Source of the DNA: Sphingomicrobium sp.
GTDB taxonomy: Bacteria > Pseudomonadota > Alphaproteobacteria > Sphingomonadales > Sphingomonadaceae
Length of the DNA: 64,000 nucleotides
Assembly (NCBI GenBank): GCA_025450755.1
Contig: JANWLR010000088.1
Coordinates: 4,988 to 68,987, forward strand
Reading direction: 5' to 3'
Below, in pieces: positions 28,798-38,904 of the stretch. Numbering within the stretch: the stretch's first letter is position 1; each line of letters opens with the position of its first letter. A program made the translations under genes and the position numbers. The notes below the pieces were generated by a model. It had not been told where the DNA came from. It did no database searches and saw nothing but the letters and a program-made list of their open reading frames with translations.

Positions 28798-30192
28798 TCA
28801 GGCTTTTTTCATTTTAAGGCCAGGGAGAAGCGTCAGCGCGACGACGCTCGCCAACACGGAGACGATAGCCGATATCGTCATCGCAACGTGGAATCCGGCG
28901 AAGAGCTGCGTTCCTGATCGCGCGAGCACTTCCCCCAATAAAGCCGTTGCAATCAACCCTCCGGTACGTGCGACCGCGCTGTTGAAGCCCGATGCCATGG
29001 CGACGTGCCGCTCCTCAACCGAGCCGAGGACCGACGCGGTCAGCGGCGCGACGGCGATGGTCATTCCGAGCGCCATCACGACGATCGCCGGAAAGGCGCC
29101 AGCCCAATAGCTGCTGTGCTCGTCAATGAGCCAGGACAGGACGAGCCCGGCGCCAACGACGATCGGCCCGATCGTCAAGGGCAGGCGCGGTCCGATGCGG
29201 GCAGCAAGGCTCCCCATCTTCGGAGATGCCGATGTCATGAGGACGGGCAATGGAAGCAAAGCAAGACCCGCCTGAACCGGCGTGTAGCCGCCGCTGCTGA
29301 TGAGCACGTACGGGATCAGCAACATCGCTGCGCCGAATGCGCCGTAGAGCAGGAAAGTTAGCAAGTTCAGGCCGGAAAAGCACAGGTTCTGGAACAGGTG
29401 GAGCGGCATCATTGCGCGACGCCCGCGACGATTTTCGGCGAACAGGAAGGCGCAGAGCATTGCGGCGCCGATCGCAAGCGTGACGACCGCTCCGGAGCTG
29501 AAATGGCGTGTCGCCGACCAGAGGGTCAGCCCGTATGTGACTCCGCCGAGCCCCGCGGTCGCGAGCAAGGCGCCAGGATAGTCGGTCCGGCCTTGGCCGC
29601 TCTCACGGCTTTCCGCGACGAAGCGGAGAGCCAGAACGATCGCACCGCCAGCGAGCGGAAGGTTGATGTAGAAGATCGCCGGCCATCCGACACTCTCTAT
29701 AAGCCAGCCGCCGAGCAACGGCGCGACGGCCGCCATGGTCGCGCCGCATGCTGCCCAGATGCCGACCGCCCAGCCGCGTTCTGCACCCGAATAGGCGGCG
29801 TTGAGCAGCGCCAGGCTGCTGGGAAGAAGCAATGCCGCTCCGATTCCCTGTGCGCCTCGTGCAGCGAGCAGGATGGGAAGGCTCGGCGCAAGCGCGCACA
29901 TGAGGGATGCAATGCCGAACAGGCTGGTTCCGATGACGAGCAACCGGCGGCGGCCATAATGGTCGCCGACCGCTCCCCCAAGCAGAAGGAGTGCGGACAG
30001 CGGCAGCAGATAGGCGTTTACGACCCACTGCACCTCCTGCGCACCAGCACCATAGCCGGCCCTGATCGCCGGCAGCGCGACATTCATGACGGAAGCGTCG
30101 ACGAAGCTCAGGCTTGAGGCGAGGATGCAGCAGAACAAAGTCCAGCGCGGATGCGGCAGGGCCAGTGCCGAGCTCCGACTTCGACGATTCAA
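28798..30192 (-). CDS. MFS transporter (DHA2-like)
   Basis: MNVALP, GDHYGRRR, IFYINLP; many TM helices. Confidence 0.88.
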   Translation of the reverse strand: MNRRSRSSALALPHPRWTLFCCILASSLSFVDASVMNVALPAIRAGYGAGAQEVQWVVNAYLLPLSALLLLGGAVGDHYGRRRLLVIGTSLFGIASLMCALAPSLPILLAARGAQGIGAALLLPSSLALLNAAYSGAERGWAVGIWAACGATMAAVAPLLGGWLIESVGWPAIFYINLPLAGGAIVLALRFVAESRESGQGRTDYPGALLATAGLGGVTYGLTLWSATRHFSSGAVVTLAIGAAMLCAFLFAENRRGRRAMMPLHLFQNLCFSGLNLLTFLLYGAFGAAMLLIPYVLISSGGYTPVQAGLALLPLPVLMTSASPKMGSLAARIGPRLPLTIGPIVVGAGLVLSWLIDEHSSYWAGAFPAIVVMALGMTIAVAPLTASVLGSVEERHVAMASGFNSAVARTGGLIATALLGEVLARSGTQLFAGFHVAMTISAIVSVLASVVALTLLPGLKMKKA

Positions 30193-30440
30193 TCGATCCG
30201 CTGCGCGATCGCGGCTTCGACCATGTTACGCCAGGTTTGCGTGTCGCCTACGGCTGCTTGAGCTTCGTCCGGCTCGCGCATGGTGTGCAGGACGGCGAGC
30301 GCCTGGTTCACATGCTCGCGCCATGTCCGGTCGACCTCGTCCGCCGCATGCCCATTGTCGCCGTCGGCATTGGCGCTGAGCTTCGCGCCGGCAAGGACCC
30401 GGGCAATTCGCTCGACCAGCGGGCAATTGGATTCGGACAT
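30189..30440 (-). CDS. Hypothetical small protein
   Basis: 83-aa ORF with AAGGA RBS, translationally coupled to the MFS gene. Confidence 0.65.
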   Translation of the reverse strand: MSESNCPLVERIARVLAGAKLSANADGDNGHAADEVDRTWREHVNQALAVLHTMREPDEAQAAVGDTQTWRNMVEAAIAQRID

Positions 30441-30464
30441 GACCTTTTTCCTTCGTTCGCTCCT

Positions 30465-31262
30465 TCAACCCCCGCCGCTGGTTTCGGTTTCGGCGTCGAC
30501 GGGCGCCATGCCCGCAATTTTGCGCGCCGCGTGGACGAGCTCGACGGGAAGCATCGCGACGATCGTCGTATTGTGCTCGACTCCGATTTCACTCAGCGTC
30601 TGCAAACGGCGCAGTTCGAGCGCGGCGGGCACGCTGCCAATCGTTTCAGCTGCCTGTGACAGCTTCTTGGCCGCTTCATTTTCACCTTCGGCGCGGATGA
30701 TCCGGGCGCGTTTTTCGCGGATCGCTTCGGCTTCCTTGGCGATGGCACGCTGCATCTGCTCAGGGATGTCGACATCCTTGATCTCGACCGAGTCGATCTC
30801 CACGCCCCATTTGAGCGACGCCTCGCGAAGAAGCTCCTGCAACCGCTGGTTGATCGAGGCCCGGTCCTTGAGCATGTGGTCGAGGTCGCTCTGGCCGATC
30901 GCATCGCGGAGCGCTGTCTCGGCGGCCTGCACGGTGGCGGACATCCAGTTTTCGACCGAGTTCACGACCTGGATCGGCGACTCCGCGCGGAACCAGAGGA
31001 CAGCGTTCACCCGGACCGCCACTCCGTCTCGCGTGATCGTTTCCTGAGTCTCGAGCTGGTAGGTGATGATGCGGGTATCGACCCTGACGACGCGGTCGAC
31101 AAACGGGATCAGCCAGTACCAGCCGGGGCCCTTCATCTCCCCCAAGCGGCCAAGGCGAAACAGCACTGCCCGCTGATATTCGCGGTTGATGCCAAAGCTC
31201 TTGAGCATGGTGACCAGAACGAGGACGAGGACAACGGCTATTATGCCGATAAGGACGGGCAT
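30465..31262 (-). CDS. SPFH/stomatin (slipin) family protein
   Basis: EYQRAVLFRLGR, GPG, VEIKDV, RAIAKEAEAIREKRA, LRRLQTL. Confidence 0.92.
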   Translation of the reverse strand: MPVLIGIIAVVLVLVLVTMLKSFGINREYQRAVLFRLGRLGEMKGPGWYWLIPFVDRVVRVDTRIITYQLETQETITRDGVAVRVNAVLWFRAESPIQVVNSVENWMSATVQAAETALRDAIGQSDLDHMLKDRASINQRLQELLREASLKWGVEIDSVEIKDVDIPEQMQRAIAKEAEAIREKRARIIRAEGENEAAKKLSQAAETIGSVPAALELRRLQTLSEIGVEHNTTIVAMLPVELVHAARKIAGMAPVDAETETSGGG

Positions 31263-31306
31263 CGTGCTTCCCCTAGGAGGAGTCGAATGGCCCGTTTATA
31301 CCACGT

Positions 31307-32278
31307 TCAAGCAGCAGTCGCGGGCGGACAGGTCGCCATGTGCTCGAGCGATTCCTCGACGAGGCGGTGCGCCTGATCGGGTGTGAGTGCGGCGAGTTGC
31401 TTGAGCGTGCGCGTACGTCCGATGTCGCTGACGACGAGCAGGCCGACATAATAGCCGAACCGCTGGGGCAGGTCGCGCGACACGGGCTTGCCTCCGCCCA
31501 TGAACAGCGGCGCATACGCTTTGGGGTCCTTGGATTCGAGGCGCTCACGAACGGCGCAAATCGCCTCATGCTTGTGGGCTTCGACGGCGGGGCGGAGCGG
31601 GGAAGGCATGGTGAGGCCGAGCGCCTGATCGCTGGCGCCCGGATTCAGAGTCGAGGCGACATAGGTGGCAAGCCCTTCCTCCCACAGATTGCACCACACC
31701 GGGTCGCATTCGGGGAATGTACGGTGGTGCATCAGGTGGAACAGCTCGTGCTCGACGAACGGCTTGATCGGCTTGCCGTTGTACAGCTCGTCGATCATGT
31801 CGGCGCCAAACAGCAGCCGGTTGCCTTCGGGCAGATCGCGCGTGCCGCCGTCGAACTCGCGAAAGCTGTCGACCAGGTAGATAGGCGGATAGCCGCGCAT
31901 CGGGCCGAACACGGATTCGAACTGGCGCTTCGCCGGCGCGATCAGCGACTGGAACTGTCGGCTGACGCGCTGGATACCGGCGCGGCGCTCGGGATATTGC
32001 TTAAGGCCGCGCAGGACCTGCGCGCGATGCTGCTCCGGCGTCTGGTAATCCTTCGTGCGTTCGGCCGAGTAGAAGCCGGGAAGGACCTTGGCGAACTTCG
32101 CTTCGAAGATTCCGACGCGCTTGTCGTCGGGAAGATCCTTGGTCTCGGTCCAGATCCGGTCGAAGTCAGGCGTCAAATCGACGAACTTCAGGCCGCCAGC
32201 AGACGCTCGGTGGCGATGTGCCGGCGGCGAAGCACCGATCAGCGCCAGAGCTATTCCGATAAGTCTCAGTAATTTCAT
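31307..32278 (-). CDS. Secreted putative Zn-peptidase (gluzincin/DUF2268-like)
   Basis: Signal peptide; HELFH...EEGLATY; RFGYYVG. Confidence 0.7.
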   Translation of the reverse strand: MKLLRLIGIALALIGASPPAHRHRASAGGLKFVDLTPDFDRIWTETKDLPDDKRVGIFEAKFAKVLPGFYSAERTKDYQTPEQHRAQVLRGLKQYPERRAGIQRVSRQFQSLIAPAKRQFESVFGPMRGYPPIYLVDSFREFDGGTRDLPEGNRLLFGADMIDELYNGKPIKPFVEHELFHLMHHRTFPECDPVWCNLWEEGLATYVASTLNPGASDQALGLTMPSPLRPAVEAHKHEAICAVRERLESKDPKAYAPLFMGGGKPVSRDLPQRFGYYVGLLVVSDIGRTRTLKQLAALTPDQAHRLVEESLEHMATCPPATAA

Positions 32279-32291
32279 GAGATTCCCTCAT

Positions 32292-32313
32292 CTGTATTAT
32301 TCGATTAATACAG
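32292..32313. promoter_or_regulatory. Palindromic operator (GntR/YtrA-like)
   Basis: CTGTATTA-TTCGAT-TAATACAG, 13 bp upstream of the peptidase ATG. Confidence 0.55.
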
Positions 32314-32732
32314 CGGCGCAAGCGTTGGCAAGCGAATTTGTACTTGGCCAGGCGCCAACTGGCTGCCGGAACAGATGGATATCGACGTACTGGACGAAGT
32401 GCGTGATGCGGCCGCCCCGAACCGTCCATAGATGGGCAAAGGGCGCCGCGACCTTGCCAGCCGATCCAGTCCCGCGATACGTTCCAAGCGCCAGTACACG
32501 ATCCTCACCTGCCGCGAGGATCTCATCCGGCTTTTCAGCAAATCCTTGGACAAGGCTGGTGATCGGACAAGACGCTGGCCGCGATTTCGCCGAAACCGCG
32601 ATAGGTTCCGCCCTGCGGCATCCCGGTCGCCTCCGCCCAATGCGGTTCGGCGAGCAGTGCCTGCAAAGTCGAAGCGTCTCCGGTGGCAAATGCGCAATAG
32701 AGTTCCTGCACGGTTCGCGTACGATCAATCAT
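32297..32732 (-). pseudogene. Frameshifted SnoaL/NTF2-like protein
   Basis: MIDRTRTVQELYCAFATGD...GGTYRG continues in another frame (shift near 32570) as ...GDRV-like LALGTYRG...FAHLWTVRGGRITHFVQYVD. Confidence 0.75.
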
Positions 32733-32763
32733 TTGCTTTCCCCTTTCGCGCCGCGACGCGGGA

Positions 32764-33945
32764 TTACAGGACCTCGAATAGCCCCGCAGCGCCCATGCCG
32801 CCGCCGACGCACATTGTGACGATGACATATTTCACGCCGCGGCGCTTGCCTTCGATGAGGGCATGGCCGGTCATTCGCGCGCCGCTCATCCCATAGGGGT
32901 GACCGATCGAAATCGACCCGCCGTCGACGTTCATTCGGTCCTCCGGAATCCCCAGCTGCTCCGCGCTGTAAATGACCTGCACTGCGAAAGCCTCGTTCAA
33001 TTCCCACAGCCCAATGTCGTCGATCTTGAGATCGAAGCGCTTGAGCAGCTTGTTAACGGCGTCGATCGGGCCGATCCCCATCTCGTCGGGCTCGGTCCCG
33101 GCCACGGCCATGCCGACGTAACGGCCCATTGGGGCGAGTCCGCGCCTTTCCGCTTCCTTCGCCTCCATAAGAATGGATGCCGAGCTCCCGTCGGATAGCT
33201 GGCTGGCATTGCCGGCCGTGATCGAAGTGTCAGGGCCCAGCACGGGATTGAGGCCCGCCAGCCCTTCGAGGGTGGTATCGGCGCGATTCCCCTCATCCTT
33301 CGCGATCGTGACTTTTCTTTGGGAGACCTCTCCGGTGTCCTTGTCCTTGACCGACATGACGGTGCTAACGGAAATGATCTCGTCATCGAAGCGGCCCGCC
33401 GCCTGCGCCGCCGCGGTGCGCTGCTGGCTCTTCAGCGCATATTCGTCCTGCCGCTCGCGGCCGATGCCGTAGCGCCGGGCGACCGTTTCGGCGGTCTGAA
33501 GCATCGGCATATAGATGTGCTTGTGCATCGCAATCAGCGATGGATCGGGCGCGATCCGCATCTCCGGGGTCTGGACCATGCTGATCGAATCCTGGCCGCC
33601 CGCCGCGACGACATCCATCTTGTCGATGATGATCTGCTTTGCGGCCGTGGCGATGGCCATGAGGCCGGAGGAGCATTGGCGGTCGATCGTCATTCCGGAC
33701 ACGCTCACGGGGCAGCCGGCGCGGAGGGCCACCTGGCGGCCGATATTGCCGAATTGCGTGCCTTGGGTGAGCACCGCACCCCATACGACATCGTCGATCT
33801 CACCCGCCTCGATCTTCGCGCGATCGATTGCCGCCGTCAGCGAGAAGGCACCCAGGGTCGGCCCGGGCGTCGCATTGAACCCACCCTTGTAGGCGCGGCC
33901 GATTGGCGTTCGGGCTGTCGAAACGATCACGGCATCGCGAGCCAT
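32764..33945 (-). CDS. Acetyl-CoA C-acyltransferase (thiolase)
   Basis: [24 protein letters not shown]. Confidence 0.95.
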   Translation of the reverse strand: MARDAVIVSTARTPIGRAYKGGFNATPGPTLGAFSLTAAIDRAKIEAGEIDDVVWGAVLTQGTQFGNIGRQVALRAGCPVSVSGMTIDRQCSSGLMAIATAAKQIIIDKMDVVAAGGQDSISMVQTPEMRIAPDPSLIAMHKHIYMPMLQTAETVARRYGIGRERQDEYALKSQQRTAAAQAAGRFDDEIISVSTVMSVKDKDTGEVSQRKVTIAKDEGNRADTTLEGLAGLNPVLGPDTSITAGNASQLSDGSSASILMEAKEAERRGLAPMGRYVGMAVAGTEPDEMGIGPIDAVNKLLKRFDLKIDDIGLWELNEAFAVQVIYSAEQLGIPEDRMNVDGGSISIGHPYGMSGARMTGHALIEGKRRGVKYVIVTMCVGGGMGAAGLFEVL

Positions 33946-34022
33946 TCTTCTCTCCTCATTGGGGCTTACTTACATTGCTGTCCACAAAGCTCTTACTGCC
34001 TGGCAAAGCAGAATGGGAAGGC

Positions 34023-34478
34023 TCAAATGATCATCAACCCAAGCCAGACGGCGGTCAGCGCCGGCTTCTCCTCGCCGTCAATCTCAACCGTGACCGTATG
34101 TCGGAGCAGTACCTGGCCCGGCGCTTTCTCCTCGATTGCGTCCAGCGCGAAACGCCCGCGGACGCGCTTGCCCGACCGAACCGGCGCGAGGAAGCGGACG
34201 CGATCGAGGCCATAGTTCACAGCCATTTTCACCCCTTCGGGGATCAGCATTGCCTCTGCGGCCATGCGCGAAAGCAGCGACAAGGTCAGGAAGCCATGTG
34301 CAATCGTTCCGCCGAACGGCGTTTGCGCCGCCGCAGCCGGGTCGCTGTGAATGAACTGACGGTCCTCGGTCGCGTCGGCGAAGGCGTCGATCCGCTCCTG
34401 ACCGATCGTGATCCAGTCCGAGATGCCGACCTCCTCACCGATGCGATTCTTGATGTCGGTTAGCTTGGCGAGCGGCAT
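34023..34478 (-). CDS. MaoC/NodN-like dehydratase
   Basis: FADATEDRQFIH, IAHGFLTLS, NYGLDRVRF. Confidence 0.9.
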   Translation of the reverse strand: MPLAKLTDIKNRIGEEVGISDWITIGQERIDAFADATEDRQFIHSDPAAAAQTPFGGTIAHGFLTLSLLSRMAAEAMLIPEGVKMAVNYGLDRVRFLAPVRSGKRVRGRFALDAIEEKAPGQVLLRHTVTVEIDGEEKPALTAVWLGLMII

Positions 34479-34533
34479 GACCATTGTGTAGCGTTGCCGA
34501 CGTAGCGAGCAAGCGTAAGGAGGCGTAGCAGTC

Positions 34534-35040
34534 ATGATCTTCCACATTTCGATTTCCGCAGACGATCCGAGACGCACGGCGCAAATGCTGGCCGAGCTTT
34601 GGCGCGGCGAAGCTTTCCCGTTCCCGATGGTCAGCAAGGGAAGCTGGGTCGCACATGCCGGCGACGACCGGCGCTCAGCGATCGAAGTCTATCCGCGCGA
34701 CATGGCGATGTACCCGACCGACCGCGCCGCCGAAGAGCGCCATGAGCCGGTCTCGCGTAATGGGCCGTTCCACGCGGCCGTTGCGACTCCGCTCGGCATT
34801 GAAGAGGTCGAAGAGATCGGTCGCCGCTACGGCTGCCACACTTCGCTGTGCCAGCGCGGACCCTGGTTCCGAGTCATCGAATTCTGGATCGATGATTGCC
34901 AGATGCTGGAGATGCTGACGCCCGAGATGCAGCAGGAATATCAGGAGAATGTCACGATTGAGAACTGGCGTACAATGGTTCTTCCGCAATTCGGGATCGA
35001 CGTTCACGGCGAGCCGATCGAGGATGCCGAGGCAGCCTAG
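34534..35040 (+). CDS. Hypothetical VOC/glyoxalase-like protein
   Basis: FHISI...IEVYP...FHAAV...IEFW metal-ligand spacing; AAGGAGG RBS. Confidence 0.65.
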   Translation: MIFHISISADDPRRTAQMLAELWRGEAFPFPMVSKGSWVAHAGDDRRSAIEVYPRDMAMYPTDRAAEERHEPVSRNGPFHAAVATPLGIEEVEEIGRRYGCHTSLCQRGPWFRVIEFWIDDCQMLEMLTPEMQQEYQENVTIENWRTMVLPQFGIDVHGEPIEDAEAA

Positions 35041-36083
35041 AAGGGAAGCGGCGCCGGCGGCTGGTCGGACGCGCGGACCAGTTGTAGCTTGTGTTTCCCG
35101 AGTGCGTCGATGAGCGCGCGCAAAATGGCGGCGCGATCGGTCGCAAGCTTGTCCGAATCGCGCGTCGTATCGTCGTAGACAAGTTCGAAGGCTAGTCCGC
35201 CGCCGCCCGCGCCCGACAGGACGCAGCGGACCAGTTTGCAGCCCTTTTGCGCTTCAACGGCGGCTTCGGCCGCCGTGCCCACCGCATCGACGGTTTTTGC
35301 CGAGATTTCGCCGCCAACCGCCAGGTAAAGCGTCGTCCGTCGTGCCTTGGCCGCCGCCATGTTGTGGATCTGGCGCTCGAGGAGCTTGGTGTTGGCCATG
35401 ATCAGCTGCTCGCCAGTGATTGCGCGAAGCCGGGTCGTCTTGAGGCCGATGCGCTCGACCGTTCCGGTGCTTTGATCGTAGCGGATCGTGTCACCCTTTT
35501 TGAATGGCTTGTCGAACAGGATCGAAAGCGCCGCGAACAGGTCTGAGAAGATGCCTTGGGCGGCGAGGCCGATCGCGATTCCGCCGATGCCGAGGCCGGC
35601 GACCAGCGCAGTTACGTTCACGCCGAGATTGTCGAGGATCAGGATGCCGGCGATCGCGAACAAGGCGACGCTGACCAGCACGCGGATGATCGCCATCGCG
35701 CTGCCGAGCGCGCCAGACTCCTGTTCCTCCGCAACCTTTCGACCGATGACTCCGAGGATCAGCTCGCGGACCCACACTGCGCCCTGGATCGCAAAAGCGA
35801 CTACGAACGCGATGTCGATCAGCCGGGAAGCCCTGTAGGGCAGCTCGGCATAGGTCGCGACGATGTCCGCTGCTGCGAGGATCATGAAGAGGATACTGGT
35901 CTTCGCGAAAACGCGGCCGATTACGCTTCGCCAGCCCCAGCCTTCGGGATCGCGGCTGAGCGTCCGGCGGCCGAATGCGCGCAGCGCCAGCATCACCGCG
36001 ACGATCACCAGCGCGACGACACCGCCGACCAGCAGCCCGTCGCGATTGGCTTCAAACCAGGTCGTAAAGCGATCCACCCCCAT
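35037..36083 (-). CDS. MscS family mechanosensitive channel
   Basis: LVAGLGIGGIAIGLAAQ, DKPFKKGD, GTVERIGLKTT. Confidence 0.9.
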   Translation of the reverse strand: MGVDRFTTWFEANRDGLLVGGVVALVIVAVMLALRAFGRRTLSRDPEGWGWRSVIGRVFAKTSILFMILAAADIVATYAELPYRASRLIDIAFVVAFAIQGAVWVRELILGVIGRKVAEEQESGALGSAMAIIRVLVSVALFAIAGILILDNLGVNVTALVAGLGIGGIAIGLAAQGIFSDLFAALSILFDKPFKKGDTIRYDQSTGTVERIGLKTTRLRAITGEQLIMANTKLLERQIHNMAAAKARRTTLYLAVGGEISAKTVDAVGTAAEAAVEAQKGCKLVRCVLSGAGGGGLAFELVYDDTTRDSDKLATDRAAILRALIDALGKHKLQLVRASDQPPAPLPF

Positions 36084-36115
36084 GCCCTCAGTCTTGGACG
36101 TCACAGCAGCCGTGA

Positions 36116-37156
36116 TCAAGCCGCGGGCTTGCCCTGGGGCTCCGCGGCTCCTTTCGTCTTTCGCCGTCTGCGTCCGTTGGAGTCCCGCGCGAGGAATTCG
36201 AGCAGCCCGACCTCGGCCGTCGACAGTCGCAGCTTGCCCTTTGGTCGCTCCATTCCGCCCAAAGGATCCCGCGGCTCCTTCTTCACCGCCTCGAGCAGGG
36301 CAGGGTGGACATAGGACTTGCGGCTGATCGCCGGCGTATTTCCGAGAGCTTCGGCGACCGGCTCGATAACCATCTTCACGCTGATCCGCGTATCTTCTGC
36401 CTTCTTCAACATCTGCTCGAAGGCGATGACGCTCGCGCCCCAGGTGCGGAAATGCTTGGCCGTGAACTCGCCGCCGGTCGCCCGCTTGATATAGTCGTTC
36501 ACGTCGCCCGAGGTGATCGGTTTCGGCTCGCCGTCGCCATTGACATACTGGAACAGAATCTGGCCGGGCAGCTCCTGGCAGCGCTTGCAAATGCGCTTGA
36601 GGTTTGTGTCCGTGATCTTCACCTCGTGCACGATCCCGTGCTTGCCGGTGAAGCGCATCATCAGCCCGTGACCGGTGCGCTTGAGGTGACGGCTCCTCAG
36701 CGTGGTTGCGCCAAAGCTCTTGTTCTCACGAGCATATTCCTCATTTCCAACGCGGATATGCTGCCTGTCGAGCAGGCGCACGACGGCGGCGAGCACCGCT
36801 TCACGGGTCAAATCGGGGCGTTTCAAATCCTTGCCGACCACTCGCCGCAGCCGGGGCAGCGCTTTTCCGAATTCCAGCAACCCTTCGTATTTCGCGCTCT
36901 CACGCTTGGCGCGAAACTCAGAATGGTAGCGGTATTGCTTGCGGCCGCGAGCGTCGATTCCGGTCGCCTGCAGGTGGCCGTCGGGATCGGCGCAGAACCA
37001 GGCATCCGTATATGCCGGCGGGAGGCCGACGGCGTTCAGCCGGTCGATTTCCTCGCGATTGGTAATGCGGCCGCCTTTGGAGTCGAAATAGGCCCAATTG
37101 CGGCCCATCCGTTTGCGCGTGATGCCGGGTTCTGCGTCGCTGCTATGCCTCAGCAC
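36116..37156 (-). CDS. DNA topoisomerase IB (bacterial, poxvirus-like)
   Basis: GRKQYRYH, IRVGNEEY, GKHG, KHFRTW, LGNTPAISRKSYVHP. Confidence 0.93.
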   Translation of the reverse strand: MLRHSSDAEPGITRKRMGRNWAYFDSKGGRITNREEIDRLNAVGLPPAYTDAWFCADPDGHLQATGIDARGRKQYRYHSEFRAKRESAKYEGLLEFGKALPRLRRVVGKDLKRPDLTREAVLAAVVRLLDRQHIRVGNEEYARENKSFGATTLRSRHLKRTGHGLMMRFTGKHGIVHEVKITDTNLKRICKRCQELPGQILFQYVNGDGEPKPITSGDVNDYIKRATGGEFTAKHFRTWGASVIAFEQMLKKAEDTRISVKMVIEPVAEALGNTPAISRKSYVHPALLEAVKKEPRDPLGGMERPKGKLRLSTAEVGLLEFLARDSNGRRRRKTKGAAEPQGKPAA

Positions 37157-37205
37157 GCCGTAATCTCTTGGGTTCTACGCTTCACTCGACTCATCGATGC
37201 GCTTA

Positions 37206-37231
37206 AGCGCACGGCTGAGCGGCCGGGTTCC
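37206..37231 (-). promoter_or_regulatory. Putative EcfG-type promoter of topIB-mscS
   Basis: Minus strand GGAAC-N17-CGCT. Confidence 0.45.
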
Positions 37232-37257
37232 TGTGATCACGAACTAGGAGACTTGAG

Positions 37258-37839
37258 ATGCCCCAGATCCCCAATTCACGAATTCTGATCGTCGCGACCG
37301 ACGGTTTTGAGGAATGGGAGCTCTTTGGGCCTCGCGAGATCCTGCAGAAGCGCGGCGCCGAGGTCGTGCTTGCGTCGCTGACGAAGGACCCGATTGAGGC
37401 GACGGTCCACGACAAACCGGGCAAAGCGATCCGTCCCGACCTGACGATCCACGACGTGAACGTCGACGATTTCGATGCGCTGATTCTTCCGGGCGGCGTA
37501 CGCAATCCCGACCAGCTGCGTCTTCACGGCAACGTCATCGCGCTGGTCCGGCTCTTCGCGGAGCAAGGCAAGCCAATCGGCGCGATCTGTCACGGACCAT
37601 GGCTCCTGGTGGAAGCCGACCTGCTTCGGGACCGTAGGGCGACCGGCTGGCCTTCGATCCGCACAGACCTCAGGAACGCGGGTGCGAATGTCGTCGACGA
37701 GGCGGCGGTCACCGACGGCAATATCGTCACCAGCCGCAATCCCGACGATGTCGAGGCTTTCACCGACGCCCTGATCGACCTGATCGAAAATGAACCCGAA
37801 GTGGAAACAATTCTCCAGCCGAGTGAGCTTCCGGCCTAA
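37258..37839 (+). CDS. PfpI/DJ-1 family protein (type 1 glutamine amidotransferase fold)
   Basis: DGFEEWE, LPGG, AICHGPW, TSRNPDD. Confidence 0.93.
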   Translation: MPQIPNSRILIVATDGFEEWELFGPREILQKRGAEVVLASLTKDPIEATVHDKPGKAIRPDLTIHDVNVDDFDALILPGGVRNPDQLRLHGNVIALVRLFAEQGKPIGAICHGPWLLVEADLLRDRRATGWPSIRTDLRNAGANVVDEAAVTDGNIVTSRNPDDVEAFTDALIDLIENEPEVETILQPSELPA

Positions 37840-37876
37840 CGGAGTTGCAACCATTCGCGCGTATCTCACCGCGCGA

Positions 37877-38503
37877 ATGGACGCGATACTGATCGACCGC
37901 ATTGAAACCGGCGCCGAGCGCGGCGCATCCGCTCTGCTTGCAGCAGCCGTCGGCTATGCAGCTTACGAACTCTTGGGCGGTCTTGCCTTTCGGCCGCAAC
38001 TCGGCGGCTATGCCGCTGTGGCAGCCGCTGCCGTGGCAGCATGTCTGCTGTGCAATGCGGCTCAAAAGCAGATGGCGAAGCAGCCTCCACGGTTATGCGT
38101 GCCGATCTTCGATCTGCGCGAATTCGATGCATTTGGACCGGACGAGCTTCTGCTCACCGACAAGCTCAACGGCGAGCTGATACTGACCGACGAGGTGTGC
38201 GACGAGCTATTGCTGACGGACACAGTGGGCGGCGAGCTGCTGCTTACAGATTCAGAAAGGCTGTCTCCGGTCGCTGCTGCTCCTGGACCAGGAGGTCCCC
38301 TGGTGCTCGACGATGTGCTTGCAGAAATCGGACCCGAGTCCCGTGTTGTACGGCTGTTCGACCGGTCAGCCATGCCGACGCCGGGCCAGCTTAAGGTTCG
38401 AATAGATGATCACCTCGGACAAGGCTCCCCTACGTCCGCCCCCATGGACGCGTCGCAGGCACTCTCGGATGCGCTCGCCGAGTTGAAAAGATCACTGCGC
38501 TAG
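37877..38503 (+). CDS. Hypothetical membrane-anchored protein with acidic repeats
   Basis: Two hydrophobic segments, four (D/G)EL(L/I)LTD repeats, C-terminal helix ALSDALAELKRSLR. Confidence 0.7.
   Translation: MDAILIDRIETGAERGASALLAAAVGYAAYELLGGLAFRPQLGGYAAVAAAAVAACLLCNAAQKQMAKQPPRLCVPIFDLREFDAFGPDELLLTDKLNGELILTDEVCDELLLTDTVGGELLLTDSERLSPVAAAPGPGGPLVLDDVLAEIGPESRVVRLFDRSAMPTPGQLKVRIDDHLGQGSPTSAPMDASQALSDALAELKRSLR
38141..38260 (+). repeat. Intragenic 30-bp tandem repeat, four copies
   Basis: Encodes DELLLTDKLN / GELILTDEVC / DELLLTDTVG / GELLLTDSER. Confidence 0.85.
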
Positions 38504-38836
38504 TCGTTCGCGACGGTCAGCGCCTCTGTTTTGAGATTGGTCGAGCCGTCGGCTGACAAATACTGCATACCGGCGACGGCGATACCCGCGACAATCACAT
38601 TCGGGAGGCAGACGTCGGGCATCCTCAAGCCCAGCACACATACTATTGGCGATCGCATCGGAGTGGGGCGGCGAAACCGGAGCTCGATCGAACTGACGCT
38701 CGCCGGCGAGGGTGAGGGACCACCAATCGACAGGCTTTGAGTCAATAAGCAAAATCCTATCGCGGGCAGCTCCGGAACGCGCGATCAGGGCTTTGAGAAG
38801 CGCCGCCGCGGCTTGCGAGATTGCAAGCCGGTTCAT
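38500..38836 (-). pseudogene. Frameshifted hypothetical gene
   Basis: MNRLAISQAAAALLKALIAR...LAGER, ...MCAGLEDA and ...VIVAGIAV...EALTVAND read as one protein spread over different frames. Confidence 0.55.
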
Positions 38837-38904
38837 TGCGCAGTCGTCTCCAGACATGCGAGAACCCGCGTCGGCCGAGTCATCTGGTCCGGGCGGCGCG
38901 TGCT

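Noticed and set aside
36116-37156. TopIB as evidence of a prophage or integrase
   Set aside because: Bacterial TopIB is a common chromosomal gene; no phage genes or att sites nearby
38141-38260. CRISPR-like periodic repeat
   Set aside because: In-frame coding repeat with synonymous divergence, no unique spacers, no cas genes
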